Shown here piece after piece: positions 39,050 through 51,960 of a stretch of DNA of 64,000 nucleotides. Position numbers and translations under genes: made by a program. The stretch spans positions 4,464,001 to 4,528,000 of the forward strand of contig NW_027139442.1 in the NCBI RefSeq assembly GCF_035084215.1, read 5' to 3'. The notes below the pieces were generated by a model that was given only the letters and a program-made list of their open reading frames with translations, ran no database searches and was not told the origin of the DNA. The number at the start of each line of letters is the position of its first letter. Positions within the stretch are counted from its first letter, which is position 1. The stretch is from Heptranchias perlo (Eukaryota).

Positions 39050-40220
39050 AAATGAAAGGCAAATCGTGTCTGACAAACTGAATTATTTCTTCGAAGATAT
39101 AACTTAGAGGGTTGATGAAGGTATTGCAGTTGATGTTGTGTATATGGACTTTCAAAAGGCCTTTGAAAACATAATAGGCTTGTTAGAAAAATTGATGCCC
39201 CTGAGATTAAAGAGACAATGGCAGCATGGATACCAAATTGGCTAAGGGACAGACAGCAGACAGCACGGTGAATGCTTGCTTTTCAGACTGGAGGGAAGTA
39301 TGCAGTGGTGTTCCCCAGGGGTCAGTGTTAGGACCACTGCTCTTTTTGATATCTATTGATGACTTGGACTTGGGTATCGAGGGTATACATTCAAAGTTTG
39401 CAGATGACATGAAACTCGGAAAAGTAGTAATGTGGAGGATAGTAACAAACTTCATAAGGACATAGACACAATGGTGAAATTGGAGGACGAATGAGGAGAG
39501 GCACTATAAACTAAATACTACATTTTTATTGGAGGTGCATGAACAGAGGCCCGTGGGTGCACATACATGAACACATCTTTGAAGGTTACAGGTCAAGTTG
39601 ATAAGGCTGTTTAAAAAAGCACAGGGGATCCTTGGCTGTATGGTGGAAGCATAGAGTTCAAAAGCTAGCAATTTATGGTAAATCTTTATAAATCACTGGT
39701 TAGGCCTCCCCTGGAGTATTGCACACAATTCTGGGCACCAGAGTTCAGGAAAGATGTCAAGGCCTTGGGGAGGATGCAGAGGAGATTAACCAGATTTGTA
39801 CCAAGGGTGGGGAATTTCAATTTTGTGGGGAGACTAGAGAAGCTGGGATTGATCTCCTCAGAGCAGACAGCGTTAAAGGTGGATTTAATAGAACTAGTCA
39901 TCGTGTAAACCAATGTAACTCTTACTGCTCTAATTGCTAGTCCTGCCCTGTAACAGATTTGTTCTCGATATATTTTGATTGATACAATATATATATAACA
40001 CGGATTAATGTAAGAGAGAGAAAAATATGAAGAGAGTGTGTTTGTCAGAGAGATAGGTAGAGAGAAAGAGAGAGCGAGAGAGAGAGAGAGAGAGATAAAA
40101 CAGGGAGAAAGAGATAGATACATGAATCAAGACTAATTGAATCACTCTTTCAAAGAGCTGGCACAGACAAAATTGGCCCAAAGGCATCCTTCTGTGTTGT
40201 ATCGTTCTATGATTCTATGA
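39050..40220 (+). mobile_element. CR1 LINE RT/3' fragment, interrupted by a GA-rich insert
   Basis: '[18 protein letters not shown]', 'LVRPPLEYC'; tail 'ttctatgattctatga'. Confidence 0.8.
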
Positions 40221-41109
40221 TCATGTGTCTTGATATGTTTGTGACATAATCGCCCAATCCGTTCATTGTACAGTATTTTTGTTGTCTACTTAATAGGATT
40301 TCATGTTTGAAATAATGAACTGCTTTGAATTTTCAACCTGAGAAATAATGGCAGATAATTCCCCAGTACTGTGTGCTGGAGAATTCCTTATCTCGAATAG
40401 ACGCTGGCATCAGACAGAATATAAAGCTTAATCGGGCTGTGAGAAAACGTAATCGTTGTTTGTGTTGAAGTTTTAAATTGTCCTTTTTATTGCCAGAAAT
40501 ATCATGTTAACACGCAAGGACAAAGGAAGCATTTTTAAATCGATAAATAATCAGCTTAGTCCTGATAATTGTCTCCGAGTTCACACGGTTCAAGGTCCCA
40601 CATAATGGTGATTCGGTGCTGCTGATAGTGAATCGACTACAGTCATTACATTGATTCAAAACAATCTTTGCCAATGTCAAAAGTTGACGACTTGCTCAAT
40701 ATCAATGAATGTTTTTTTGCTCTATGATGGTTGACTGCCTTTTGTTCCGGTTTGGTCGCAGAGATAGTCCCGGGCCATCTAGGTTAACACGCCCTGTCTG
40801 AGACTTGTGAAAGTGGCCTCTTTGATGGTGATCGCAGTGCCCAGAGGTCACCTATGTACCAAATCTATTGGATGTTTGGTAGCGCTTTGTGATCAGTGTG
40901 CTTCAATCTTGCAACCATAAAATTAACTTTTTTAAACGAGATGGGATGGCCAAGCAATGGGAGATTTATCTGCAATAAATGTTATAAAATATGATTAGAC
41001 AGACAACAAAGGGCGTCTCCACTGATTGTTGAGGAAGGAGACATTCAGTCCGGCAACACTTTGCAGGTCATTGTTTGGTTTCTGAACAAAACGGTACAAC
41101 TGAAACAGG

Positions 41110-41990
41110 TATCATAGTATCACAGTAGCATCGTAGGCAGAGCACAGGAGGAGGCCATTCGGACCATCTTGCCTGTGCCGGCTCTTTAAACGAGTTTCCA
41201 ATTAGTCCTATTCCACGGCTCTTTCCCCAGAGCCTCCAAATGTTTTCCCTTCAAGTATTTATCCAATTCCCTTTTGAAAATTACCATTGAATCTGATCCC
41301 ACCGCCCTTTCAGGCAGAACATTCCAGATCATTAAAACTCGTTGCATAAAAAAATGTTTCCTCATGTCCCCCCTGGCTCTTTTGCCGATCAACTTAAAGC
41401 TGTGCCCTCTGGTTACCGACCCTTGTGCCACTGGAAACAGTTTCTCCTGATTTACTCTCTTAAAACCGTTCATGATTTTGAACACCTCTATCAAGTCTCC
41501 ACTTAACCTTCTCTGTTCGAAGGAGAACAACCCCAGCTTCTCCAGTCTCTCCACATAACTGAAGTCTCTCATCCCTCTGCAGCATCCTCTCTAAGGCCTT
41601 GACATCCTTCCGAAAGGGTAGTGTCCTGAATTGAACACGATACTCCAGCTGAGGCCCAACCAGTGTTTTATAAAGGTTGAGGATAATTTCCGTGCTTTTG
41701 TACTTCATGCCTCTATTACTAAAGCCAAGGATTCCAAATGATTTTTAACAGCCTTCTCGACTTGTCCAGCCATCTTCAAAGATTTGTGTGTGTACATCCC
41801 AGGTCTCTGTTCCTGAACCCCCTTCAGAATTGTACCATTAAGTTTACATTGCCTCTCCTCATTCTTCCGACCAAATGCATTACCTCACACTTGTCTGCGT
41901 TACATTTGATCTGACATGTGTCTGCCCATTTCACCAGTCCATCTCTGTCCTCCAGAAGTCTGTTACTATCCTCCCCATTGTTTACTGCAG
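41110..41990 (-). mobile_element. CR1 LINE 3' fragment
   Basis: Minus ORFs 41186-41572 and 41460-41708 match the CR1 ORF2 end. Confidence 0.85.
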
Positions 41991-42254
41991 GTGGATTTGT
42001 GTAAAATGTGAATAGTCTGCATAAGGATTGCAATTTAAATGGAAATGGACATTGTGTAAACGGAATCTGTGCGTGTTGAGTAACGCAGGTTCAACACTCG
42101 CCAATCCGAGATTTTCCCAATCACTGGGGAAATAAATCGCTGACTGGCGATTGTAAACCTCCATCAGTGTGTTTGGGATCTCAGCAGCCAACGGAGCTGG
42201 GGAATGATACACCATTGATTGAGGCTCAGAGAGAGTCGGGAACTGATAAATGGA

Positions 42255-43245
42255 GTAGAATCATCGCATCAGAGAAAGGCTACAGCACGGAAGGTGGCCA
42301 TTGGGCCCATCGAGTCCATGCCAGCTCTATGCAAGAGCAATCCAGCTAGTCCACTCCCCCGCCCTATCAATGTATCCCTGCAAATGTTTTCCTTTCAAGT
42401 ACTTATCCAGTTCCATTTAAAGGCCATGATTGAATCTGCCTTCACCATCTCCTAACGCAGTGCATTCCAGATCATGAACATTCGCTGAGTACAAAGGTTT
42501 TTTCCTCAAGTGGCCTTTGGTTCATTTGACAATCATCGTAAATCAATGTCCTCTAGTTCATGACACTTCCGACAATGGGAACATTTTCTCTCGGTCTCCT
42601 CTGCCCAGACCCTTCATGATTTTGAATGCCTCTATCAAAATTCCTCTCAACCTTCCCTGTTCCAAGGAGAACAACCCCAGCTTCTCCAGTCTATCCACGT
42701 AACTAAAGTGCTTCATTCCGAGGAATGATTCCAGTAAATTTCTTCTGCACCATCTCTAAGGCCTTCACATCTTTCCTAAAGTGCGGTGCCCAGAACTGGA
42801 CACAATACTCCAGTTGTGGCCGAACCAGTGTTTTATAAAGGTTCATCATGACTTCTTTGCTTTCGTACCCTATGTCTTTATTTATAAACTCAGATCCCCA
42901 TATGCTTTTTAACCACTTTCTCAACCTGCCCTGCCACCTTCAATGATTTGTGCATATGCCCCTAGACCTCTCTGCTCCTGAACCCCTTTTAGAATTGTGC
43001 CCTTTAGTTCATATTGCCTCGCCTCATTCTCCTACCGAAATGTATCACCCCGCAGTTTTCAGTGTTAAATTTCATCTGCCACGTGTCACGCCCACGCCAC
43101 CAGCCTATATAAACCACCTTGAAGTCTATCCCTATCCTCCTCACTGTTCACAGCAGTTCCAAGTTTTGTGTCATCTGCAAACTTGGAAATTGTGCCCTCT
43201 ACACCCAAGACCAAGTCATTAATATATATCAAGAAAAGCAGTGGC
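42255..43245 (-). mobile_element. CR1 LINE 3' fragment
   Basis: Minus ORF 'LYKTLVRPQLEYCVQFWAPHFRKD'. Confidence 0.85.
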
Positions 43246-43544
43246 AGAGTTGAGAAAAGATCAGAGGAAACTTAAGTCGGCGGCGGTAGAAATGGACAAA
43301 AAAGGAAAATGAGACCAGGGATTTTGCAACAATGTCACAGGATGAACCCCTTCCCTTCGATCAATCTCTCTTAAATTAAAAAAGAACACTCTGCCAGCTC
43401 TGCGTTGTTTTATTTTCCAACTCCGCTCGGATTTACCTCTGACCCTCCAAGCTACCACTTCATGGATTCTCTCTAACTCTCCGAGTGATCTATTTTGTAC
43501 CGAGTGCGGTGATAATTCCCTTTATCTCTCTCTCTCTCTTACAG

Positions 43545-44443
43545 TTAACTTGGTAGCGATTGTGATCCTGTCCCGAGGCAAATGCGGTCTCTCCAAATGT
43601 ATCACTCGCTACCTGGTGGGAATGGCAGCGGCCGATCTAACGGTGGTGATCATTGAAGTCATTATGAAGCGAATTAACAACATTTACGTGCCAGTAAATG
43701 TTCTGTTCATCACTCCAATATGTGCCCTGAAACTTGTGACGAAGATGGCGGCCCTGGACTGTTCGGTCTGGTTCACGGTCGCTTTCACCGTCGATCGCTT
43801 TGTAGCCATTTGCTGTCAGAATCTCAAACCAAAGTTTTGTACACAAAGGATGGCGAGCCTTGTTGTAGGGACCGTGTGTATGCTAGGCTGTTTGAGGAGC
43901 ATCCCCTTTTACTTTGTGTACCAACCCCAATTTATAATTAATGGCGTCCCGTATTTCTGCATTTTAACGGCTGCCTATCATACCTCGCCCTGGTGGGCAG
44001 CGTACGAGTTTTTCGACAGCATTTTAACCCCTTTACTGCCCATCTTTTTCATTCTGTTTTTCAATGTTCTCACCGCCAAACACATTATAATGTCCAATAT
44101 AGTCCGCAGGACACTCCTGAGGAACGTCGATAATCACAATGACCCAGAGACCGAGAACCGAAAGAAATCCATGATTTTGCTCTTCACTCTATCCGGCAAT
44201 TTCATTCTACTCTGGGCCACGTATGTTGTACATTCCTTAAGTTGGCGGGTGAAGAACTACAATTATACAGACAGATACTACACTAACCCGATATACATCA
44301 ATCAGCAAACGGGATACATGCTGCAGCTTCTCAGCTCCTGCAACAACACGTGTATCTATGGACTGACACTGAGGAAATTCAGAGAGGAGCTGAGGAACGG
44401 GGTGAAATATCTGTTTACACTGAATGGCAGAGTATGTAAATAA
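43545..44443 (+). CDS. GPR139/142-like GPCR gene 3, main coding exon (first exon not found)
   Basis: Acceptor '(ct)n tacag|TTAACTTG'; intact 297-aa ORF with RGKCGLSKC, VDRF, FILLW, SCNNTCIY. Confidence 0.9.
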
Positions 44444-44819
44444 CGGACAACTGACATAAAGCTGCAGCAGGCTTTGTAGATTTACAGCCCTCTTCTATTT
44501 TATAACACCAGGCTGGTAGGTGATGGGAAGAAAGCGACTGGACGTCTTGAGAGGTAATTGGCCAATTCTACTGATAAGCAGAAGAGGGCAAGTTTGATTT
44601 TAATGTGAATTAGTTGGCAATTGGTAATGTGTTCACAGCATGAAAGCGAGACATGGGAAGTTAGCCAGTTGACTGATGGGGTTATGCAACTTTAATCCAA
44701 CTGAGGTACATGCAATTAAAATATCAGCGAGAGTCTGGGGCTCGCACTGCTTTTTAGTAGAATACATTATAAATAAAATACAACAAAATTTTAAAAATGT
44801 GTTCAATAAAAAAGCATCT

Positions 44820-46920
44820 GGTCAGAGTGAAGCATTTAATAATAATGCCCACTGGACCTTATCTGGTCAATGAGAAACATTTAATAGCAATGAACAATTG
44901 ACATTGAGCCACATTTGGTCAATCTGAAACATTTACCAATAATTCACAATGGAGACTTGCGCTTATGTGGCCTTTGTGAAACATCTAATAATAATGCACG
45001 CTGGTCACTGGGTCATATCTGGTCAACGTGAACATTTAATAATAATGCACACTGGATACTGGATCTGATCTGGTCAACGTGTAACATTTAATAATAATGC
45101 ACACTGGATACTGGATCTGATCTGGTCAACGTCTAACATTTAATAATAATGCACACTGGATACTGGACCTGATCTGGTCAACGTGTAACATTTAATTATA
45201 ATGCACACTGGACACTGGACCACATCTGGTCAACGAGATACATTTATTAATAATGATGCAATGTGAAGCATTGAATATTAATGCACGCTGGACATTGCAT
45301 CACATCATTTAACATTTAATAATGCACACTAGATCGTGGGTCACCTCTGAACAATGTGAAGCATCCAGGGGGGATACACACTGGACAATGGGGCACATCT
45401 GGTGAACTTGAATCATGTTTTAATAATAATGTACACTGGAAGCTGGGTCACATCTGGTCAATGTGAAATATATCGTACCAATGCGCCTTGGACACTGGGT
45501 CGCATATGGTCAATGTGGAGCATTTAATAGCAATGCACTATGTACACTGTAACTCATCTGGTCCATCAGAAATATTTAATAATAATGGATACTGGACACT
45601 GGGCAAGATTGTGAACATGTAAAATTTAAAAATCATGTATATTGGACACGATACCACATTTGATCAATGAGAAACATTGAAGAATAATGCACACCAGACA
45701 CTGCGTCACCTCTTGTCAATGTGAAACATTTAACACTGGATACTGGGTCATATCTGGTTAAAGTGAAACATTTACTAAAATTGCACACTGGACAGTGGGT
45801 CACATCTGGTCAATGTGAAACTTTTAATAATAATGCAGATTGGACGTTCGGCCACATCTGGTCAATGTATAACATTTCATAACGCACACTGGACACTGTA
45901 GCACATCTGGTCAACGTGAATCATTTAATAATAATGTACACTGGAGACGTTGCCACATTTTGTCAATGATAAGCATTGAATGATAACATGCACACTGGGC
46001 CATATCTGGTCAAAGTGAAGCATTTATAAGTAATGATAACTTTGACACTGGGCAAATCTGGTCAAAGTGAAGCATTTAGTAGCAATGATAACTTTGACAC
46101 TGGACCAAATCTGGTCAAAGTGAAGCATTTAGTAGCATTGCATATTTGGCACTGGGGCACACCTGGTTAATGTGGATCATCTGATAATAATGTGCACTGG
46201 ATGCTGGGTCACCTCTTGTTAATGTGAAATATTTAATAATAATGTAAACTGGATACTGGATCACATCTGGTCAATTAGAAACATTTATTAATAATAATGT
46301 GCACTGGACACTGCGCCACAGCTTGTCATTGTGAAGCATTTAGTAATAATGCGTATTGGACACTGGGCCATCTCTGGACAGTATGAAACATTGAATATTA
46401 ATGCAGACTGGACACTGCATCACATCTGGTCAAAGTGAAACATTTACTAAAATTGCACACTGGATACTGGGTCACATCTGGTCAATGTGAAACAGTTACC
46501 AGTAATGCACATAGGACAATGGGTCACATCTGGCCAATGTGAAACAGTTACCAGTAATGCACATAGGACAATGGGTCACATCTGGCCAATGTGCCACAGT
46601 TAATAACAATGCACATTGCACACTGTGTCACATCTACTCAATGTGTAGCATTAATTAATAATGAATACTGGGCACTGGGTCACATCAGTTCAACGTATAA
46701 CATTTCGTAATAATGCACATTCGACACTGGGACGAATCTGGTCAATCTGAAACTTATAATAATAATGCACACTGGACACTGGGTCACATCTGGTCAATGT
46801 AAAACCATTCATAATAATGCAGGCTGGGCACTGGGTCACATCTGGTTAATATGAAACATTTAATAATAATGTACACTGGACACAGGGTGCCATCTCATCA
46901 ATGTGAAACATTTAATAATA
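44820..46920. repeat. Degenerate ~52-bp minisatellite, ~40 copies
   Basis: Unit acatttaataataatgcacactggacactgggtcacatctggtcaatgtgaa. Confidence 0.95.
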
Positions 46921-47229
46921 GAAACATAGAGACGCTATGAATCCGCTTGATAATTATTATTACAGTAAAGGAGCTCTGTCAATGCAAGTTGTTGTTAACA
47001 TTCATGGCAATGTGTTTGTTGGTTGTCCACTGTGTGAGCAACAGCATACGTTTCAAATGAAAAATCGTGCTTGACAAACCTCGGAGAATTCTTTGAGGAG
47101 GTAACCGACATGGTAAATGTCGGAAATGCAATGGATACAGAGTAGATGTATTTTAGAAAAACCTTTGACAAGGTACCAAATGGCTGATTAAGAGAGCAGA
47201 TTAAGAGATATTGTTCGAGGAGAGTAAAT

Positions 47230-50190
47230 GTGTTTGTTCTAACTTATAAATTACTCCTCAAATCAGTATGGTTCGCAACATTGAATGCCAGATGTCACCG
47301 ATTTATTAAGCATATAATAATTAAACATACACTTAAGAGCAGCACATACAACACAAACTTTGCAAGTTTTAGCGAGAGAACTGCAATGTATACGAATAAT
47401 GCAAACAGTCTGATCAGACCTCAATCGAATTTGAAAGTATCTGTTCCAATACCCTCTTTAATACCTTTCTCTCACCCTTTCTACCTGACAAGTCGTATGT
47501 ATTGATATTACACAGTTATATCAACAGGTGTCTTTGATTATATATCATTAAACACTGGTTTGATTATGTTCTGTCCTTGCAGCTGCAGGTCCGTGTTACA
47601 TTAGTGACATGGGTGAAAATAACAGCCTTCAAAACATCGCTATTTCTAACTCTTTTTACTTGACGTACACTCACTAACTTTCCAGATCCAGGCTATGCTC
47701 ATTCTCAGCTCGCTGCTTATCTTGAGTAAGGGTTCAAAGCCTTCCTTCTGATGATTAAATTCTTCTCTCTTTCTTTGGTACAAAGGGAACTTTTCAGCCT
47801 GTCCTCTGCTGCTGAAGTTAGTGACTCATTCTTACCCAGATCTCCTATCACCTTCTTCATTAAGCAGATGGTTATAACTTTAGGATTACTGTATACTTCC
47901 ACACGTAAGATTTTACAATATAAGAATCATATTTCCCTTCTTAACAATGTCTAAAAGCTAACATTACCACCATATCAAGAACAAGCGTTGGGAGTACTGC
48001 ATTAGCACGCTTTAATCAGTCCGATTAAAGCTTTCCTTACAGTTCCCTCCAACACCACCCCTCCCCCCACCCCCGTGGTGTTTGCTTTAGAGTATTTAAG
48101 ACCAACACTGGACATTATTTCATTACTGTCATATATGACCACCCATTAGTTGTACATGATATATGAACAATATGATGAATATCATTGTACATTGAACTTG
48201 GTTCAAAACTTCGCCCTTGATACTTCCATGTATCGAAAATTCATGACATGCACCTAAAAGTATTCTGTTACTGTTATTCATATTGCAGATCATTTTAATT
48301 TCAATTTTGGGGGTTGAGGTTGAATTTCCAATTTCCAATTTGATATCTTTCTCCACATGCATTCCCATCCCTCTGATCGGTACCAGTGCGTTTAACCCCA
48401 TCCTGGTTCTTTGATTAACCTTAATATAGAAGGTCGGGTCCACTGTGAAGTCCGTGTCAGAGCCTTAAGTAAAATATTTTAATCAGTAATATACCCTCTA
48501 CTTCTCCTGAGGTACATTAACTATTGTTTTGTCAGCATGAATGAACATGTCTGGGACCCATTCTTCAGTAGGTCTCCTTCATGCAAACCGCAAACTAGTT
48601 GCCTCACTCGCACCATATCACATGTGCTCACACAGCATTATCCCAAGGTCATGCCACCCGTGGCATCAGATACAAACCAATCCTGAGCTTCCAGTATATC
48701 TTTTTGAAAGATCCGGGATGTCTGGAGCTCTTTGCTCACCTCCTGCATGTTCGTGGCTCGGCTATAAAATATATCTTCGCATTGTGACGTATAGGCAAGG
48801 AGATCACCTTCTCCGAAAGAAAGCTATCCACTAACTATGCTTAACTACACTTTCCTGACATTCACCAGATTGTGCATTGATACAATATTGATATCTTGTG
48901 GTGAATTGTGCCCAGGTGATTCATATTACTAGTGAGTGTACTCAGACATCTTTTCCATAACAACTTCAGTCCGAGTTCCTGAAATTAATCCATTATCACC
49001 AAGGGCTTAGATCACATTGTGTGGTATAATTTTCATTTTGTTACCTTATACCGTAGTTACCTCCTCTCATCCAATTTAGAAGTCCAATTATACAATCTTG
49101 CCATCTCATTCATGAGCCATGGAGGAAATTTACCATCCAATACATTATTCATCATTAAACCTGAGTCCATTTTATCTCTTCATGATCTTACCGATTCCAG
49201 AGGGCCGTCCTGCCTGGAAGATATGGGATATGAGTTATCGTTACCACAACAGTACCCCTCCGCTCCCAACAACCCCCCTCCCCACCACCCCTCCCACCCC
49301 CCCACACACACACACTCAACACTAGGATTCGGTTCAGACTCGGCTACTACTGTTGGACTGACAGGACTTGCCAATGTTCAATTATTTCAGCTGTCTCTCT
49401 GTTGAAGTCCTGAGAATTGGTCCCTGGGTCCTAACGCCAGAACGGTTCGAGTGCTCAGTAATTATATCCAATTAACCTCTCTCCTCTCGGTTATTTTATT
49501 CCCAACTTTTGTCTGTCTTATCAATTTGAATTTCCGCTGACTGACATGGAAAACAACATTTCTTCCGCTGTTGCAATCATCTTTTATCCACAGTCTTGTG
49601 AAAGAACCAACCAGACTGTGCTCTTTTTATTAATAACATTTTATTAACCCAGTTCTGAAAAGGGAAACGGTCAGGTAAAGTTTTACCCTTCTCGACTGCT
49701 TGAACAGCAAATCACGTCAATATATTCTGTTCTTCGAAACCAATGGTGCCCAGGCTTAGTGGTTTTACAGCAGAGAGAAGAGTGTTTGCAGCTACTTTTG
49801 GAGGTAACTCCCATGACACCCCCTCAGGCATTCTGTCGTGGAAGCTGAGAAAGGACATTGAAGGGGTTAAAACCGAAACAGGCGAAGTCTTAGTCCAACT
49901 TGTCACCACGCAGGGACATTTGATAATATTCTTCTGATGTCCACAGATCTGAATGGAAATTCTGAACATTGCTGGATCTGCTCCTTGCCCCAACATGTTT
50001 TCAGCAAAAGGCTGCTCCTTTAACTCCATGGAGCTACTTCCATGTAAAAGAAATACTCTCGGTAATCCTGCGCCACCACCATTGAGGAAGTTCCGAAAAT
50101 CTGCAATAACATAGAGAAAATCCATTGTGGCTATTCTGGAGTGCGCCGGAACGGATTAACCTGCTCAGCGTGCGTTTGTCAATATTCTAA
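47230..50190 (-). mobile_element. Possible heavily decayed LTR retroelement (gag/protease/integrase-like remnants)
   Basis: Weak motifs only: 'FYIKV..ALV..ILLG' (protease-like), 'YHVQLMGGH' (integrase-like), 'RRKALNPY'; no RT seen. Confidence 0.3.
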
Positions 50191-50831
50191 TTGCCTTTTT
50201 GCGGATTCAGTAGAAATAGTCACAGCTGTCTACTGAGTGTTTTTAAATTCATTCTTGGGATGTTGGTGTCGCTGGGAAGGCAGGAATGTATTGTCCATCA
50301 GGAGTTGCTCATGAGAAGGTGGTGGTGGGCTTTCTTCTTGAACCGCTGCAGTCCGTGTGGTGAAGATGCTTCCACAGAGCTGTTTGGTAGCGAGTTCCAA
50401 GATATTAACCGAGCGTCGTCAAAGGAAGCGCGATATCTCAGCAAGTCAGTGTGGCCTGTGACCTGGAGGGGAACTCGGCAGTGATGCTGCCCTTGTCCTT
50501 CTAAATAATGGAGGTGTTCGCTTGTTTGGTTCGTGCTGTCGAGGAAGCCTTAGTGAATCGTGCAGATAGCACACATTGTAGCTACGGTGCGCCGATGGTG
50601 GAGTGAGTGGATGTTTAACCTGGTGGACGGGGAGCCGATGAAGCGATGAGCCTGAAGAAACTTTTTGACAGATTGAATGCCGCACTCTAACTGAGATAGA
50701 GGGCAACACACAAGTACATATGACCGGGTATGTCGGGGGTTGAGTTCAAACAAAAGGTTTAGAGACTCATTGGGAGTCTTAATGAATGATTTCAGCTTGG
50801 TGATTGCATTTTAGTTTACGATGGCTGACCT

Positions 50832-50892
50832 GGCGCCGTCGCTTAGCTGGTCAAAGCTCCTGTCCATAGTGAAGAGATCCTGGGTTCAAACC
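50832..50892 (+). pseudogene. tRNA-Thr(AGT)-like pseudogene
   Basis: GGCGCCGTCGCTTAGCTGGTCAAAGCTCCTGTC..TAGT..GAGATCCTGGGTTCAAACC matches vertebrate tRNA-Thr(AGT) as recalled; 3' acceptor strand lost. Confidence 0.75.
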
Positions 50893-51097
50893 AATTTGGA
50901 TTGATTTTAGCGACTTCGTAGAGTGACTGGTGTTTCTAATATACCCTTTTCACTATTTGTTTTTCTCGAGGTCTGCTGCTACATTTGGTGCAAAAATTGA
51001 ATCGATCCTTTTCCAGTCAGATGATAAATTGCTGCTCCAGTAGAAATTGTCACCGCTTCATGTTGGAGAGCCAGGAACAGCTGCCATTAAGTATGGT

Positions 51098-51148
51098 GCA
51101 TTGGTGGTTCAGTGGTAGAATTCTCACCAGTGACGCGGGTTCAATTCT
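51098..51148 (+). pseudogene. tRNA-Gly-like pseudogene
   Basis: GCATTGGTGGTTCAGTGGTAGAATTCTC is the 5' end of vertebrate tRNA-Gly; then deletion and GGGTTCAATTC. Confidence 0.8.
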
Positions 51149-51535
51149 GTGTGTGCTTCACTTGCATGATGTACTGTATTCATTTACCAGCACCTCCACA
51201 AGAACCTTTTTGCACAAGAATTGTTCACAGGAAGTCGAATGCTGCTTTCTGAAGGCAGCGAGGTTCAAATTCTAAGTCTCCGCAAACATTCAATTGTCCC
51301 GGAGCAGGACTTCATCTCACGATCCCCTCAGCAACTCAGAGCAGCCGCTGACTGACGGGAATGTGTGACGTGGCAATGTCAAGCGAACAGTCACAGCTTT
51401 TGTTTCTGATTGACGCTCTGAAATTCGTCCATCACACTTTCTGATTCAGGATGTGGAGATGCCGGTGATGGACTGGGGTTGACAATTGTAAACAATTTTA
51501 CAACACCAAGTTATAGTCCAGCAATTTTATTTTAA

Positions 51536-51576
51536 CTTCACAAGCTTTCGGAGGCTTCCTCCTTCCTCAGGTAAAT
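51536..51576 (-). ncRNA. Minimal hammerhead ribozyme motif (left arm)
   Basis: Reverse complement of 51582-51622. Confidence 0.6.
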
Positions 51577-51581
51577 GTTGC

Positions 51582-51622
51582 ATTTACCTGAGGAAGGAGG
51601 AAGCCTCCGAAAGCTTGTGAAG
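51582..51622 (+). ncRNA. Minimal hammerhead ribozyme motif (right arm)
   Basis: TTTAC-CTGAGGA-A-GGAGG(AAG)CCTCC-GAAA-GC-TT-GTGAA. Confidence 0.6.
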
Positions 51623-51896
51623 TTAAAATAAAATTGCTGGACTATAACTTCGTGTTGTAAAATTGTTTACAATTTTCTGATTCAGGGAACGGATTACAGA
51701 ACCGTCACTAAGCCTCAGCATTCGACTTGACTCAGACTTTTTTTGCTAAGTTCAAAGCAAAGAGCAACTGAAACTCTGCGAAGTCAAACCGAAGTTGAAA
51801 TTTTGAGCGCACCGAACCGCTGGACAGCTGGTTTTGTGGGATATACAAAGCGGAAAATACAATTGTTTTCTTCCAAAAGAGCAACATTTTGTCAAT

Positions 51897-51960
51897 GGGC
51901 ATGTAGCTCAGTAGTACAGCGCATGTGTTGAGGTCGCGAGTTCGGTTCCCGGCATTTCTA
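51897..51960 (+). pseudogene. tRNA-Ala-like pseudogene with anticodon-loop deletion
   Basis: GGGCATGTAGCTCAGTAGTACAGCGCATG..TGAGGTCGCGAGTTCGGTTCCCGGCATTTCTA. Confidence 0.75.

Larger units (their letters stand above)
51451..51674. mobile_element. Palindromic Penelope-like fragment
   Basis: 94-bp arms 51484-51577 and 51581-51674, one mismatch, TTG spacer; TSD TTCTGATTCAGG at 51439-51450 and 51675-51686. Confidence 0.85.

Noticed and set aside
49712-50125. 137-aa minus-strand ORF as a host gene or ITIM-bearing last exon
   Set aside because: No recognisable domain or ITIM context; more likely decayed retroelement sequence
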